Source of the DNA: Alphaproteobacteria bacterium
GTDB taxonomy: Bacteria > Pseudomonadota > Alphaproteobacteria > CAAHEQ01 > UBA3637
Assembly: GCA_045611665.1 (NCBI GenBank)
Contig: JAZKXP010000004.1
Span: 1,446 to 65,445 of the forward strand
DNA length: 64,000 nucleotides
Direction of reading: 5' to 3'
This document shows positions 29,311 through 38,018 of this stretch, in pieces. The notes beneath the pieces are model-generated. The model made no database searches. It was given only the letters and a program-made list of their open reading frames with translations, and was not told the DNA's origin. Positions within the stretch are counted from its first letter, which is position 1, and every line of letters starts with the position of its first letter. The translations under genes were made by a program, and so were the position numbers.

Positions 29311-32133
29311 CTAAGCGTTTCCTTTCAACTTCATTACAATTGTTTTTAGTCCTGAACCATTTGAGGCCTTGACCAGTACAACAGCCCCTTCCGGCAATTC
29401 ATTCAATAAAATATTTGCCAATATTTCAGGAGAGTCGGCATAGGCTCCTTGTCTGTCCGGCGGCAAAGAATTATATAAATGACGACACAAAATACCGGTT
29501 GCATAAACTTTATCTATGCCCGCCTCCAACAAATCTTTAACCAACCCGACATGCAAGGAAATTTCGTGTTCCCCCAATTCCAACATATCACCCAATACAG
29601 CAACTTTCACAGTTCCTTGACGCAACCCCAAAGAACGAATAGAGGCCGCCATAGAAGACGGATTTGCATTGTAGGCATCATCAATTAAAATCACCGTATT
29701 CCCATTAGGTAATTTGACAGTTTCTGCCGCCCCTCGACCGGCTATTGCCGAAGCCGTTCCTAAGGCTGTGGCCGCTTGTTCAACACTGGCACCAACGGCA
29801 TCTACCGCCGCCAAAACAGCCAAAGAATTCATGGCAAAATGTTCCCCTAAAAAGCCGATATCATATTTTAACGGCGTTCCGTGCCAATCGGCTGCTATTT
29901 TCGTTTTTTCACCAATAGCCATAGTTTCTTTTAAAACAAAATCGGCCTCTTTTTCATGTCCAAAAGACACAATCCGTCGGACACCACAGGCATAAGCTTT
30001 TTCTCTTAAAAATCCAAAAAACTCTTTATTTTCCGTATTTAAAATGGCCACACCCCCATCATTCATGGCGGTAAAGATTTCGGCTTTAGCCTCGGCAATT
30101 TGGTGGGTGCCGGAAAAATGAGCCAAATGTGCCGTACCAATCATGGTAATAATGGCTACATCCGGACGCACCAATAAAGATAACTCCGTCAATTCGCCGA
30201 CATGATTCATGCCCGTTTCAATAATGGCATATTGTGTATCCAACGGCATTTGTGTCAATGTCAGCGGAACACCAATGTGGTTATTATAATTACCGGCAGT
30301 TGCATATGTTTTTCCTTGCTCACTTAAAGCCGTTTTTAACATTTCTTTTGTTGTTGTTTTGCCCGAACTGCCCGTTACGGCAATCACCTTAGCCTCCGAG
30401 CGATTACGGGCAAATAATGCCAACCTGTTAAACGCTTGCATCACATCCGCAACAACGATTTGCTTTGCCTCCGGAACACCGTCAATCAAATGGTCAACCA
30501 AACAAGCAGCTGCCCCTTTTTGAACGGCCGTTTTAACAAAGGCATGGCCATCCATATTGTCTCCACGAATGGCAATATATAAATCTCCGATTTGTAATGT
30601 TCTGGTATCCCGTGAAATACCGAAAGCATTTGTTCCCATCGGCACCTGAGGTGATAGGGCAGCCCTTAATTCATGAGATTGCCACAATGGCATTTGTTCC
30701 ACATTCATAACGGCCAATAAAGCTTCAATTTTATCATCAAAAACATAAGAAACGCCGTTAATGATTTGGCCTGTTTCATGGCCTTTACCGGCAATAATCA
30801 ACACATCTTCAGCCGTCAAAGAATGAACCGCCGTTAAAATGGCCATACGTCGATCACCGATTTCAATTCCTTTCGGGCAAGCCGATACAATCTGCGTACG
30901 AATGTCGGCCGGATTTTCAAAACGCGGATTATCGTCCGTAATATAAACACTATCCGCTAAGCGGTTGGCAATTTCCCCCATCAAAGGTCTTTTAGCCACA
31001 TCCCGATTGCCACCACATCCGAAAACACAGACTAATCGCCCTTTTGTATGTGCACGCATGGTTGTCAAAACCCGTTCCAAAGCATCCGGCGTATGGGCAT
31101 AATCAATGTAAATTGATGCACCGTTTTTCAAAGTAGCAACACGTTCCAATCGCCCGGCCGGCGCCGAGACACAAGGAATAACCTGCATAATTTCTTCCGC
31201 ATTCATCCCCAATCCGACACACAGCCCTATGGCACATAAGATGTTCATAGCCTGAAAATCACCAACAACAGGCAAATCTATCTCATATGTTTTGCCGAAA
31301 GCGTATAGCGATACACGTTGCCCTTGTGGCAATGGTTTTTGTTCCAAAATTTTAAGTTCATCACCGTTTTTACCATAGGAAATAACGGATAATCCTTTTG
31401 ATATGACAACCTCCCGCAACCGGTTAAATTCCGGAATATCGGCATTCAAAACAACGGAACCTCCCATCTTAACCAAATCCATTAATTTGATTTTTGCCTC
31501 AAAATAAGCGGCCATTGTTTTATGGTAATCCAAATGATCTTGGGTGACATTTGTGAATGCGGCCGCCTCCAACTCAACCCCATTTAAACGCTGTTGGTCC
31601 AATCCATGGCTGGAAGCTTCCATCGCAACCGCTTGGACTCCGGTACGTTGTAACAGATTTAAATTTTGGTGCAATGTACACACATCGGGTGTTGTCATAG
31701 AACCGGATTGTTTAAACACGGGAGAATCAATTCCAATTGTTCCCATACTGGCCGTTGTCACACCTAATGCATTCATAATTTGTGCGACATAGTAAACCGT
31801 AGATGTTTTTCCGTTTGTGCCGGTAACGGCTACCTTTTTCACCCCTTGAGACGCATATAAAATTTGAGCCATACACGCCATTATTTCTCGGACATTCGGC
31901 ACAACAAAAACAGGAACGGAGGCAGAGACACTTTGTTCCGATACAACCGCAACACACCCATTTTGAATGGCCTGCGGAATAAAATTTGTCCCATCTTGCG
32001 CTTGACCTTTCACGGCACAAAATATGTTACCGGCTTTAATCGTTGCCGAATTACAGGATATACCCGTAATTTCCATATCCTCTCCGTGATAATCCAGCCC
32101 CGTCCGTTTTGTTAATTCGCTTAACATCATCAT
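29311..32133 (-). CDS. murE-murF: Fused MurE-MurF: UDP-MurNAc-tripeptide synthetase (meso-DAP adding) fused to UDP-MurNAc-pentapeptide synthetase
   Basis: A single 940-aa ORF. The N-terminal half has MurE P-loop GTNGKTST and the DAP-recognition DNPR motif ([11 protein letters not shown]). The C-terminal half has MurF P-loop [11 protein letters not shown] and [11 protein letters not shown]. No stop or frameshift lies between the halves. Confidence 0.85.
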   Translation of the reverse strand: MMMLSELTKRTGLDYHGEDMEITGISCNSATIKAGNIFCAVKGQAQDGTNFIPQAIQNGCVAVVSEQSVSASVPVFVVPNVREIMACMAQILYASQGVKKVAVTGTNGKTSTVYYVAQIMNALGVTTASMGTIGIDSPVFKQSGSMTTPDVCTLHQNLNLLQRTGVQAVAMEASSHGLDQQRLNGVELEAAAFTNVTQDHLDYHKTMAAYFEAKIKLMDLVKMGGSVVLNADIPEFNRLREVVISKGLSVISYGKNGDELKILEQKPLPQGQRVSLYAFGKTYEIDLPVVGDFQAMNILCAIGLCVGLGMNAEEIMQVIPCVSAPAGRLERVATLKNGASIYIDYAHTPDALERVLTTMRAHTKGRLVCVFGCGGNRDVAKRPLMGEIANRLADSVYITDDNPRFENPADIRTQIVSACPKGIEIGDRRMAILTAVHSLTAEDVLIIAGKGHETGQIINGVSYVFDDKIEALLAVMNVEQMPLWQSHELRAALSPQVPMGTNAFGISRDTRTLQIGDLYIAIRGDNMDGHAFVKTAVQKGAAACLVDHLIDGVPEAKQIVVADVMQAFNRLALFARNRSEAKVIAVTGSSGKTTTKEMLKTALSEQGKTYATAGNYNNHIGVPLTLTQMPLDTQYAIIETGMNHVGELTELSLLVRPDVAIITMIGTAHLAHFSGTHQIAEAKAEIFTAMNDGGVAILNTENKEFFGFLREKAYACGVRRIVSFGHEKEADFVLKETMAIGEKTKIAADWHGTPLKYDIGFLGEHFAMNSLAVLAAVDAVGASVEQAATALGTASAIAGRGAAETVKLPNGNTVILIDDAYNANPSSMAASIRSLGLRQGTVKVAVLGDMLELGEHEISLHVGLVKDLLEAGIDKVYATGILCRHLYNSLPPDRQGAYADSPEILANILLNELPEGAVVLVKASNGSGLKTIVMKLKGNA

Positions 32134-33872
32134 CTTTTTTTCTTTTTCGCCTCTGTTGAAATATCTATTGATTTTTGTACATACGCCGGTAATTTATATT
32201 CCGTCACGGGCTGAACCCCTAAATGCGGAGCAATTCCCGCAATAATGTCCAACGCCACCGGTTTGGCATTCCATCCGGCCGTATTAAAATTCCACGTTTC
32301 TTTTATTCGTTTGGGATCTTCCAACACCACCAACACAGCGTATTTAGGCGCCGTCATCGGAAAAACACCCACAAAAGTTGTTCTGGATTTACCCTCAACA
32401 TACTTGCCGTTTTCAATCAAATTAGCCGTTCCCGTCTTACCGCCGACGGCATATTTTGTTACCGGATGATTTTTTTTCAAATCCCAATTCACCACAGCCC
32501 ACATCATCGGCCGCATTTGTTCACTTGTTTTTTGGGAAATCACCTGAATTTCCGTTTTGCCTTTATTGCCGTCTTTTAAAAAAGTCGGCACACGATAATA
32601 TCCTCCGTTTACCAAAGCAGAAACACCGGCAATTAAGTGCAACGGGGAAACAGATAATCCATAGCCAAATGCCACATTAGCAGAGGTAATATCCGCCCAT
32701 TTTTTATCTTTCGGGGGCATTAAAACACCGGCTCGTTCCGGCAGAGCAATGGGTAACGCCTTATAAAAACCGAAACGAGATAAAAATTCTTGTTGTTTTT
32801 TGTATCCGGACTTTTGAGCAATTTGCACCGTACCGATATTGGAAGAATGCATCAACACCTCCGGTACCATCAAAGGACGTTCTTGTCCACGATAATCGGT
32901 AATGCGTTTGCGGCCGATTTTTATCGGTTCCGATGTATCAAACGTATCCCACGGCGTAATATCTTTGTATTCTAAAGCCATTGCCGTATTAAATAATTTA
33001 AAAACAGACCCAAATTCATAAACCCCCAACGAGGCTTTATTAAATTGTTGTTGAGGGGTAAGCTTTAACGACAAATTCGGTGTATAGTCCGGCAAAGAGA
33101 CCATTGCCAAAACTTCCGCCGTATTAACATCCATAACGATGGCAGCGCCACCGACTGCTTTAAATTTTTCTATTCCCTTTTCGAGAGCCGTCCGAGCCGT
33201 TTCTTGCACCGACATATCAACGGACAAAATAATATCTTGTTCTTTTAATGCTGTATTATACGCTTTTTCCAATCCGGCAACACCATTACCGTCAATATCT
33301 ACGGAACCGACCAAATGAGAAAACAAATTACGTTGTGGATAAACCCGTTTTTCCCCGGGTGTTTCGGATAAAAAATAATACCCGAGCCAATTAACGGCAT
33401 TACGTTCTGCCGGTGTTAAATTCCGCTTAATATACCGAAAGGTTCCGCCACTGTTCAATTTATGCAATACCTCTTCATAAGACAAATCGGGTAATGCCTT
33501 TACAATATTGGCCGCAATTTCTTTTTTATCTCCTTTAACCATAGCCGGATTAACAGATAAATCAACGGTTGGAACGCTGGTTGCCAAAAGAGTGCCATGA
33601 CGACCCATGATATTTTTGCGTTCTAATTCAAAATCCGCTTTTAACACGCTGGGTATAAATTGACGCGGTTCATAATTCATAACCGTCAGATAGAACAAAC
33701 GCGCAACGATGACAGAAAAACAAACAGACATTACCCCTAAAATAAAACAGATACGACCGCGCGCTTTTTTGAGAGCCACCATTGTCGCCCCGTCTAAACA
33801 ACGATACTTATCCAATGCCGTTTGTTCAATTTCCTGACCGGGATAATAAAATGTTTCTTTTCGTTTAAACAT
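32130..33872 (-). CDS. ftsI: Peptidoglycan D,D-transpeptidase FtsI (PBP3)
   Basis: 580 aa with an N-terminal TM and transpeptidase motifs SVFK, SSN and KTGT. Confidence 0.85.
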   Translation of the reverse strand: MFKRKETFYYPGQEIEQTALDKYRCLDGATMVALKKARGRICFILGVMSVCFSVIVARLFYLTVMNYEPRQFIPSVLKADFELERKNIMGRHGTLLATSVPTVDLSVNPAMVKGDKKEIAANIVKALPDLSYEEVLHKLNSGGTFRYIKRNLTPAERNAVNWLGYYFLSETPGEKRVYPQRNLFSHLVGSVDIDGNGVAGLEKAYNTALKEQDIILSVDMSVQETARTALEKGIEKFKAVGGAAIVMDVNTAEVLAMVSLPDYTPNLSLKLTPQQQFNKASLGVYEFGSVFKLFNTAMALEYKDITPWDTFDTSEPIKIGRKRITDYRGQERPLMVPEVLMHSSNIGTVQIAQKSGYKKQQEFLSRFGFYKALPIALPERAGVLMPPKDKKWADITSANVAFGYGLSVSPLHLIAGVSALVNGGYYRVPTFLKDGNKGKTEIQVISQKTSEQMRPMMWAVVNWDLKKNHPVTKYAVGGKTGTANLIENGKYVEGKSRTTFVGVFPMTAPKYAVLVVLEDPKRIKETWNFNTAGWNAKPVALDIIAGIAPHLGVQPVTEYKLPAYVQKSIDISTEAKKKKR

Positions 33873-34189
33873 TACCGGTGCTCCTGTTGATGCGCCGTAT
33901 CGGATGTATTTTTTAACAGCGGAACTTGGTCGGCTTCAATAATCTGAGCCGCCTCAATTCGTTTATAATTTGTTTGTTCCGCAACCAGCGCCCTTAATCG
34001 TTCCGGATCATTTAAAGAGGCCCAATCCCCTTTCAACATGTGAATTTCACGTTTATCAAAAGCTATTTGACGGTGTAGCCGATAGAGTTGTTCTTCTTTT
34101 TCAATAACTTGATATTTCAACATAAACATTCCGACACCGGATGCTATAGCAATCACAAAACACAATAAGTTAAACCCCCACCGTTTCAT
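33872..34189 (-). CDS. ftsL: Cell division protein FtsL
   Basis: 105 aa bitopic protein with a single TM and a coiled coil; located between rsmH and ftsI. Confidence 0.6.
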   Translation of the reverse strand: MKRWGFNLLCFVIAIASGVGMFMLKYQVIEKEEQLYRLHRQIAFDKREIHMLKGDWASLNDPERLRALVAEQTNYKRIEAAQIIEADQVPLLKNTSDTAHQQEHR

Positions 34190-35112
34190 CCACCCTCCTT
34201 CGTTCTGAGAGCTGCCCGCAATTTAGCCGAATGAGCGCGCGGATTTAGAGCCAATTCCGCTTCATCTGCAACAATCGGCTTTTTTGTAATTATTTGAAAC
34301 AGTATCGGTTGACTTATCTTTTGAGGGGCATGCCGATTTTCATTCGGCCCCCGTCCGGAATGATACATCATAAAATTTTTAACTATTCTGTCTTCTAACG
34401 AATGAAAAGACACAACAACCAAACGTCCGTTCGGTTTCAATAACTTTAAAGACGCCGTCAATGCCCGTTCCAACTCGCCCAATTCATCATTAACAAAAAT
34501 CCGAAGCGCCTGAAACGTTCGCATGGCTGAATCCGATCCGTCTTTCGGACGGGGCATAACTTGATGGACAATATTGGCCAGTTGACCGGTTGTGGCAATT
34601 TCCTCTTGAGACCGCGCCCGCACAATAGCCGCCGCAATTCGGCGAGAAGCACGCTCTTCCCCATACCGAAACAAAATATCTGCCAGCTCTTTTTCCTTAA
34701 ATGTATTAACAACATCTTTAGCAGACAAGCCGGATTGAGCCATACGCATATCCAACGGTCCGTCAAACCGGAACGAAAACCCCCGTTGAGGTTCATCTAT
34801 TTGCATGGAGGATACGCCAATATCCAAGACAATCCCATCCACCGGCTCCGTGATATGATTAGCCATATTTCCAAAACAATCTTGAATAAAACGAAATCGC
34901 CCATTAAAATCTTGTTCGGTTTTTTGAGCCGTACTAACTGCACTCGGATCTCGGTCAAATCCGATAACCTCGTTTTCTTCAGAAGCATTTAAAATCGCCC
35001 GTGTATAGCCGCCGGCCCCAAATGTACCGTCAATATAAACGCCGTTTTTTCCTTGCAATAAGGTATTCAAAACAGGTTGCAATAAAACCGGAATATGCGG
35101 ACAAGTTTCCAT
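34186..35112 (-). CDS. rsmH: 16S rRNA (cytosine1402-N4)-methyltransferase RsmH (MraW)
   Basis: Motifs HIPVLL.., YIDGTFGAGGY and DLGVSS. The ORF is open to 35175, but the METCPHIPVLL start at 35112 matches RsmH N-termini. Confidence 0.85.
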   Translation of the reverse strand: METCPHIPVLLQPVLNTLLQGKNGVYIDGTFGAGGYTRAILNASEENEVIGFDRDPSAVSTAQKTEQDFNGRFRFIQDCFGNMANHITEPVDGIVLDIGVSSMQIDEPQRGFSFRFDGPLDMRMAQSGLSAKDVVNTFKEKELADILFRYGEERASRRIAAAIVRARSQEEIATTGQLANIVHQVMPRPKDGSDSAMRTFQALRIFVNDELGELERALTASLKLLKPNGRLVVVSFHSLEDRIVKNFMMYHSGRGPNENRHAPQKISQPILFQIITKKPIVADEAELALNPRAHSAKLRAALRTKEGG

Positions 35113-35242
35113 AAGACGCACCTTCTGCTGAAACAGGCATAAAACCTTAAAAAAACATATAAAAAAATATATCAAAATAAAGTTAATAAATTATTAACAA
35201 TCATTTGTTCCAAGTCGGAAAAAAAACAAAGAAACAGCCAAG

Positions 35243-36589
35243 CTATTCCACGACTTTGTATGTTTTTGTTTTGGGCGAATACTTAAATGTTTCAGTCCCA
35301 TAAATATCCCACTTAACCGTTATCATATCATCGCTCTGATTAAGCACCGTGGCACAATTTCTGCCGGAAATACGGCACAGTCTGTGTTCAGACACTTTAA
35401 CGATACCAGACCAATGGGGATGTTCAAAATGGAATACTTTTTCCGTCGGGTTAATGAATTCATAAAGACCTTTTTCCCCTAAAATAAATCTTTCCGTCCC
35501 ATACCTATCCCATTTAATCGTTAATATGTCATCAACAATTTTATATGTTCCAAAATCTTTACTTTGGTGTCGTTTTAACCGATTACCCTCTTTTAGCTCT
35601 AAAAAATCGGACCATGCGGAATGATTGGCAAAAATTTTATTCGGAATATCCGGCAAACACTTTTGATTGTAATACTTGTCAATAACCCGCATATCAATTT
35701 TTTCAGGCGTTTTTGGTTCTTGTAAGATATTTTTCAAGATATGACATTGTTCCAAAATTGTTTCGGACCACTGAGGGCGAATTCCTTTCAGTGTTTCAAA
35801 ACGGTCAAAAACACGCCGTTTAACTTCCAGTGTATTTTCCAGATATTTGACTGAAGATGTTGCCGATCCCGGCGTTTTGCGAACTTTTATCATATATTCA
35901 TCCGTTTTTATAAGTTGTCCGCCGGCAAAAATAATTTGCAACCAATAATCGTAATCTTCCCCCACCATCAAAGATGGGTCATACCATATATTATTATCAA
36001 CAACAAAAGAGCGCCGAACCATTGCGCCGGAATTACCAAATAAATTACCAAAAAACAAAATGACCGGAAATTTTTCCAAAGAAGTTAAAGAATACTCTTT
36101 AGCATTCTCCTTAACAGGGAGGTCAGCAAAAATCGGGGCTTGTTTTCCATTTACCGCCGTAACAGACGGATAATCAGTCATTATTTGAACTTGCGTTTCT
36201 AATTTTGTCGGGACGGCAACATCATCCGAATCCATAATAGACAAGTACTTACCTCTTGCCGCCCTCTGTGCTGTATTTCTGGCGCAACCGACACCACAAT
36301 TTTGTTCGTGTACGATTATCTTGATACGATTGTCTTTTTCGGCATACTGTCTAACAACCTCTAAAGTATTATCCGTAGAGCCATCATCAACGATAATAAA
36401 TTCAAAATCCTTAAATGATTGATTTAAAATGGACTCAATCGCTTCTCCTACCAATTTTTCACGATTGTAAACCGGCATCACAACCGATACCGTTGGCGGA
36501 AAAAGAAAATACCCTCCATACCCTATCAGAAAGCTCATCAAAAAGATACTGATTTTTAAAAAGAGTTTTGTATACTTCCTGTTAGTCAT
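35243..36589 (-). CDS. Family 2 glycosyltransferase with a duplicated C-terminal extension domain
   Basis: 448 aa with an N-terminal TM and a GT-A core (VVMPVYN, DDGSTD, DSDD). The C-terminal roughly 150 aa holds two copies of a D[DI]ILT[IV]KWD[RI]YGTE[RT]F-containing module. Confidence 0.7.
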   Translation of the reverse strand: MTNRKYTKLFLKISIFLMSFLIGYGGYFLFPPTVSVVMPVYNREKLVGEAIESILNQSFKDFEFIIVDDGSTDNTLEVVRQYAEKDNRIKIIVHEQNCGVGCARNTAQRAARGKYLSIMDSDDVAVPTKLETQVQIMTDYPSVTAVNGKQAPIFADLPVKENAKEYSLTSLEKFPVILFFGNLFGNSGAMVRRSFVVDNNIWYDPSLMVGEDYDYWLQIIFAGGQLIKTDEYMIKVRKTPGSATSSVKYLENTLEVKRRVFDRFETLKGIRPQWSETILEQCHILKNILQEPKTPEKIDMRVIDKYYNQKCLPDIPNKIFANHSAWSDFLELKEGNRLKRHQSKDFGTYKIVDDILTIKWDRYGTERFILGEKGLYEFINPTEKVFHFEHPHWSGIVKVSEHRLCRISGRNCATVLNQSDDMITVKWDIYGTETFKYSPKTKTYKVVE

Positions 36590-36618
36590 GCTGGAGGATA
36601 TTTTCCGTTGTTATTAAT

Positions 36619-37041
36619 TTATCCGACGATTTCGTTACCGCTAAACCATTGAGCAATTTCGATTTTAGCCGTTTCTTCAGCGTCAGAACCATGTACGGAA
36701 TTTTCACCGATACTTAAGGCGAATTCCTTACGAATTGTACCTTCCGCAGCATTAGCCAGATTAGTAGCCCCCATCACTTCACGATATTTAGTGATGGCGT
36801 TCTCTCCCTCCAATACTTGAACCACCACCGGAGCGGAAGTCATAAAGGAAACTAACTCATCAAAAAAAGGCTTTCCGGCATGAACACTATAAAATGTTTC
36901 GGCTTGTTTTTTGGTCATATGAACCCGTTTTTGAGCCACGATACGCAATCCGGCAGCTTCAATTTTTGCATTAATTGCCCCCGTTAAATTACGATTTGTG
37001 GCATCTGGTTTAATAATTGAAAAAGTTCTTTGAATTGACAT
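36619..37041 (-). CDS. ndk: Nucleoside diphosphate kinase
   Basis: Start [13 protein letters not shown] at 37041 is preferred over the track start at 37053, because a GGAG RBS lies inside the upstream MEKT codons. NDK motifs are complete, including catalytic His in NSVHGSD. Confidence 0.9.
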   Translation of the reverse strand: MSIQRTFSIIKPDATNRNLTGAINAKIEAAGLRIVAQKRVHMTKKQAETFYSVHAGKPFFDELVSFMTSAPVVVQVLEGENAITKYREVMGATNLANAAEGTIRKEFALSIGENSVHGSDAEETAKIEIAQWFSGNEIVG

Positions 37042-37184
37042 TGTTTTCTCCATATTTTAAAAGTTAAACATAGTGCTATCCTATCTTTTTCAAGCCGTCT
37101 TGTCAAGACCAATCCCCTCTTTATCAATACAAAACAGCCAAATCCTCACAGATTCGGCTGATAACAGATAAAATTAAAAAAAAA

Positions 37185-37382
37185 TTAAGCGGTGCGTTTT
37201 TTCAATGCTTCGGCAATAATCATCCAAATAGCGGATAGGCCGACCAAAATATAAATAATGCGTGCCAATACCCCGGCTCCGAATAAGACCGCAACCAAAT
37301 CTAAATTAAATAAACCGACCAATCCCCAGTTTAATCCACCAATCAACAACAATATCATGGCAATAATAGAAATAACATTCAT
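37185..37382 (-). CDS. Hypothetical small two-TM membrane protein
   Basis: 65 aa, entirely hydrophobic with two predicted helices. Confidence 0.35.
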   Translation of the reverse strand: MNVISIIAMILLLIGGLNWGLVGLFNLDLVAVLFGAGVLARIIYILVGLSAIWMIIAEALKKRTA

Positions 37383-37477
37383 TTTGTCCCCCTTTTCATG
37401 AATTATGTTCTAAACACCTTTGATATAGGAAGGCCTCATTCATCTCTCAAGTCGGTTACCTCAATAAAGTCAAAAAA

Positions 37478-37750
37478 CTAGACTTTTTTATCATCAAAAA
37501 CGATCCGAACGGATTTTTGATAAACATGGGCCAACAATAACAGTATTTCCATTGAAACGGCATTATAACGCCCCGCTTCATAGTCATGAATATCGGCAGC
37601 CGATACGCCCCATCCAACCATTTTAGAAACCTGATAAGCGGTCAATTCATTATCCTCACGCAATTGCAACAACTGCCGACCCAAATTTTTGCGAAACGGA
37701 ATAACTAACTGATTATAAATTTGATTAACATCTAAATACGTCTGTTTCAT
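37478..37750 (-). CDS. XRE-family helix-turn-helix transcriptional regulator
   Basis: 90 aa with an HTH around ..LTAYQVSKMVGWGVSAADIHDYEAG..; RBS GGGGGA upstream. Confidence 0.55.
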   Translation of the reverse strand: MKQTYLDVNQIYNQLVIPFRKNLGRQLLQLREDNELTAYQVSKMVGWGVSAADIHDYEAGRYNAVSMEILLLLAHVYQKSVRIVFDDKKV

Positions 37751-37763
37751 ATTTATTTCCCCC

Positions 37764-37802
37764 TAAAAAAAATAAAAAACATCCGTCCCCTTGAGGGACG
37801 GA
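37764..37802 (-). terminator. Strong rho-independent terminator (minus strand)
   Basis: 8-bp stem TCCGTCCC / GGGACGGA (37782..37789 and 37795..37802) with a 5-nt loop, followed on the minus strand by a long U-run encoded by the plus-strand A-run 37765..37779. Confidence 0.6.
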
Positions 37803-37939
37803 GCTTGAAAATCTGTTAAATGAAGTAAAACAGCTCTGCTTATTTTGTGGACCTCACATTATTGAGCAGACTTCCGCCCCATTGGGCGTTCATTCATTTA
37901 ATTAGAGTTTCAAGGCTCTACAAAGCAACTCACTTTGTA
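37803..37939 (-). ncRNA. Candidate ~170-nt sRNA between virB4 and the XRE regulator
   Basis: On the minus strand it is bounded 5' by a good promoter (feature 37946..37974) and 3' by the strong terminator at 37764..37802. Internal hairpins include ACAAAG/CUUUGU and CGCCC/GGGCG. No ORF of 60 aa or more is present. Confidence 0.3.
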
Positions 37940-37945
37940 CGAATG

Positions 37946-37974
37946 ACTATACACAAAAACGACTGTCATGTAAA
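37946..37974 (-). promoter_or_regulatory. Sigma70-like promoter on the minus strand
   Basis: Minus-strand TTTACA (plus 37969..37974), a 17-nt spacer, then TATAGT (plus 37946..37951). Confidence 0.45.
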
Positions 37975-38005
37975 GAAAAAAAATATACCGCCCGAAATAA
38001 GGCGG
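37975..38005 (-). terminator. Weak rho-independent terminator just downstream of virB4
   Basis: 5-bp GC stem CCGCC/GGCGG (37988..37992 and 38001..38005) followed on the minus strand by a U-rich tract. Confidence 0.35.
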
Positions 38006-38018
38006 CATTTACATCATA

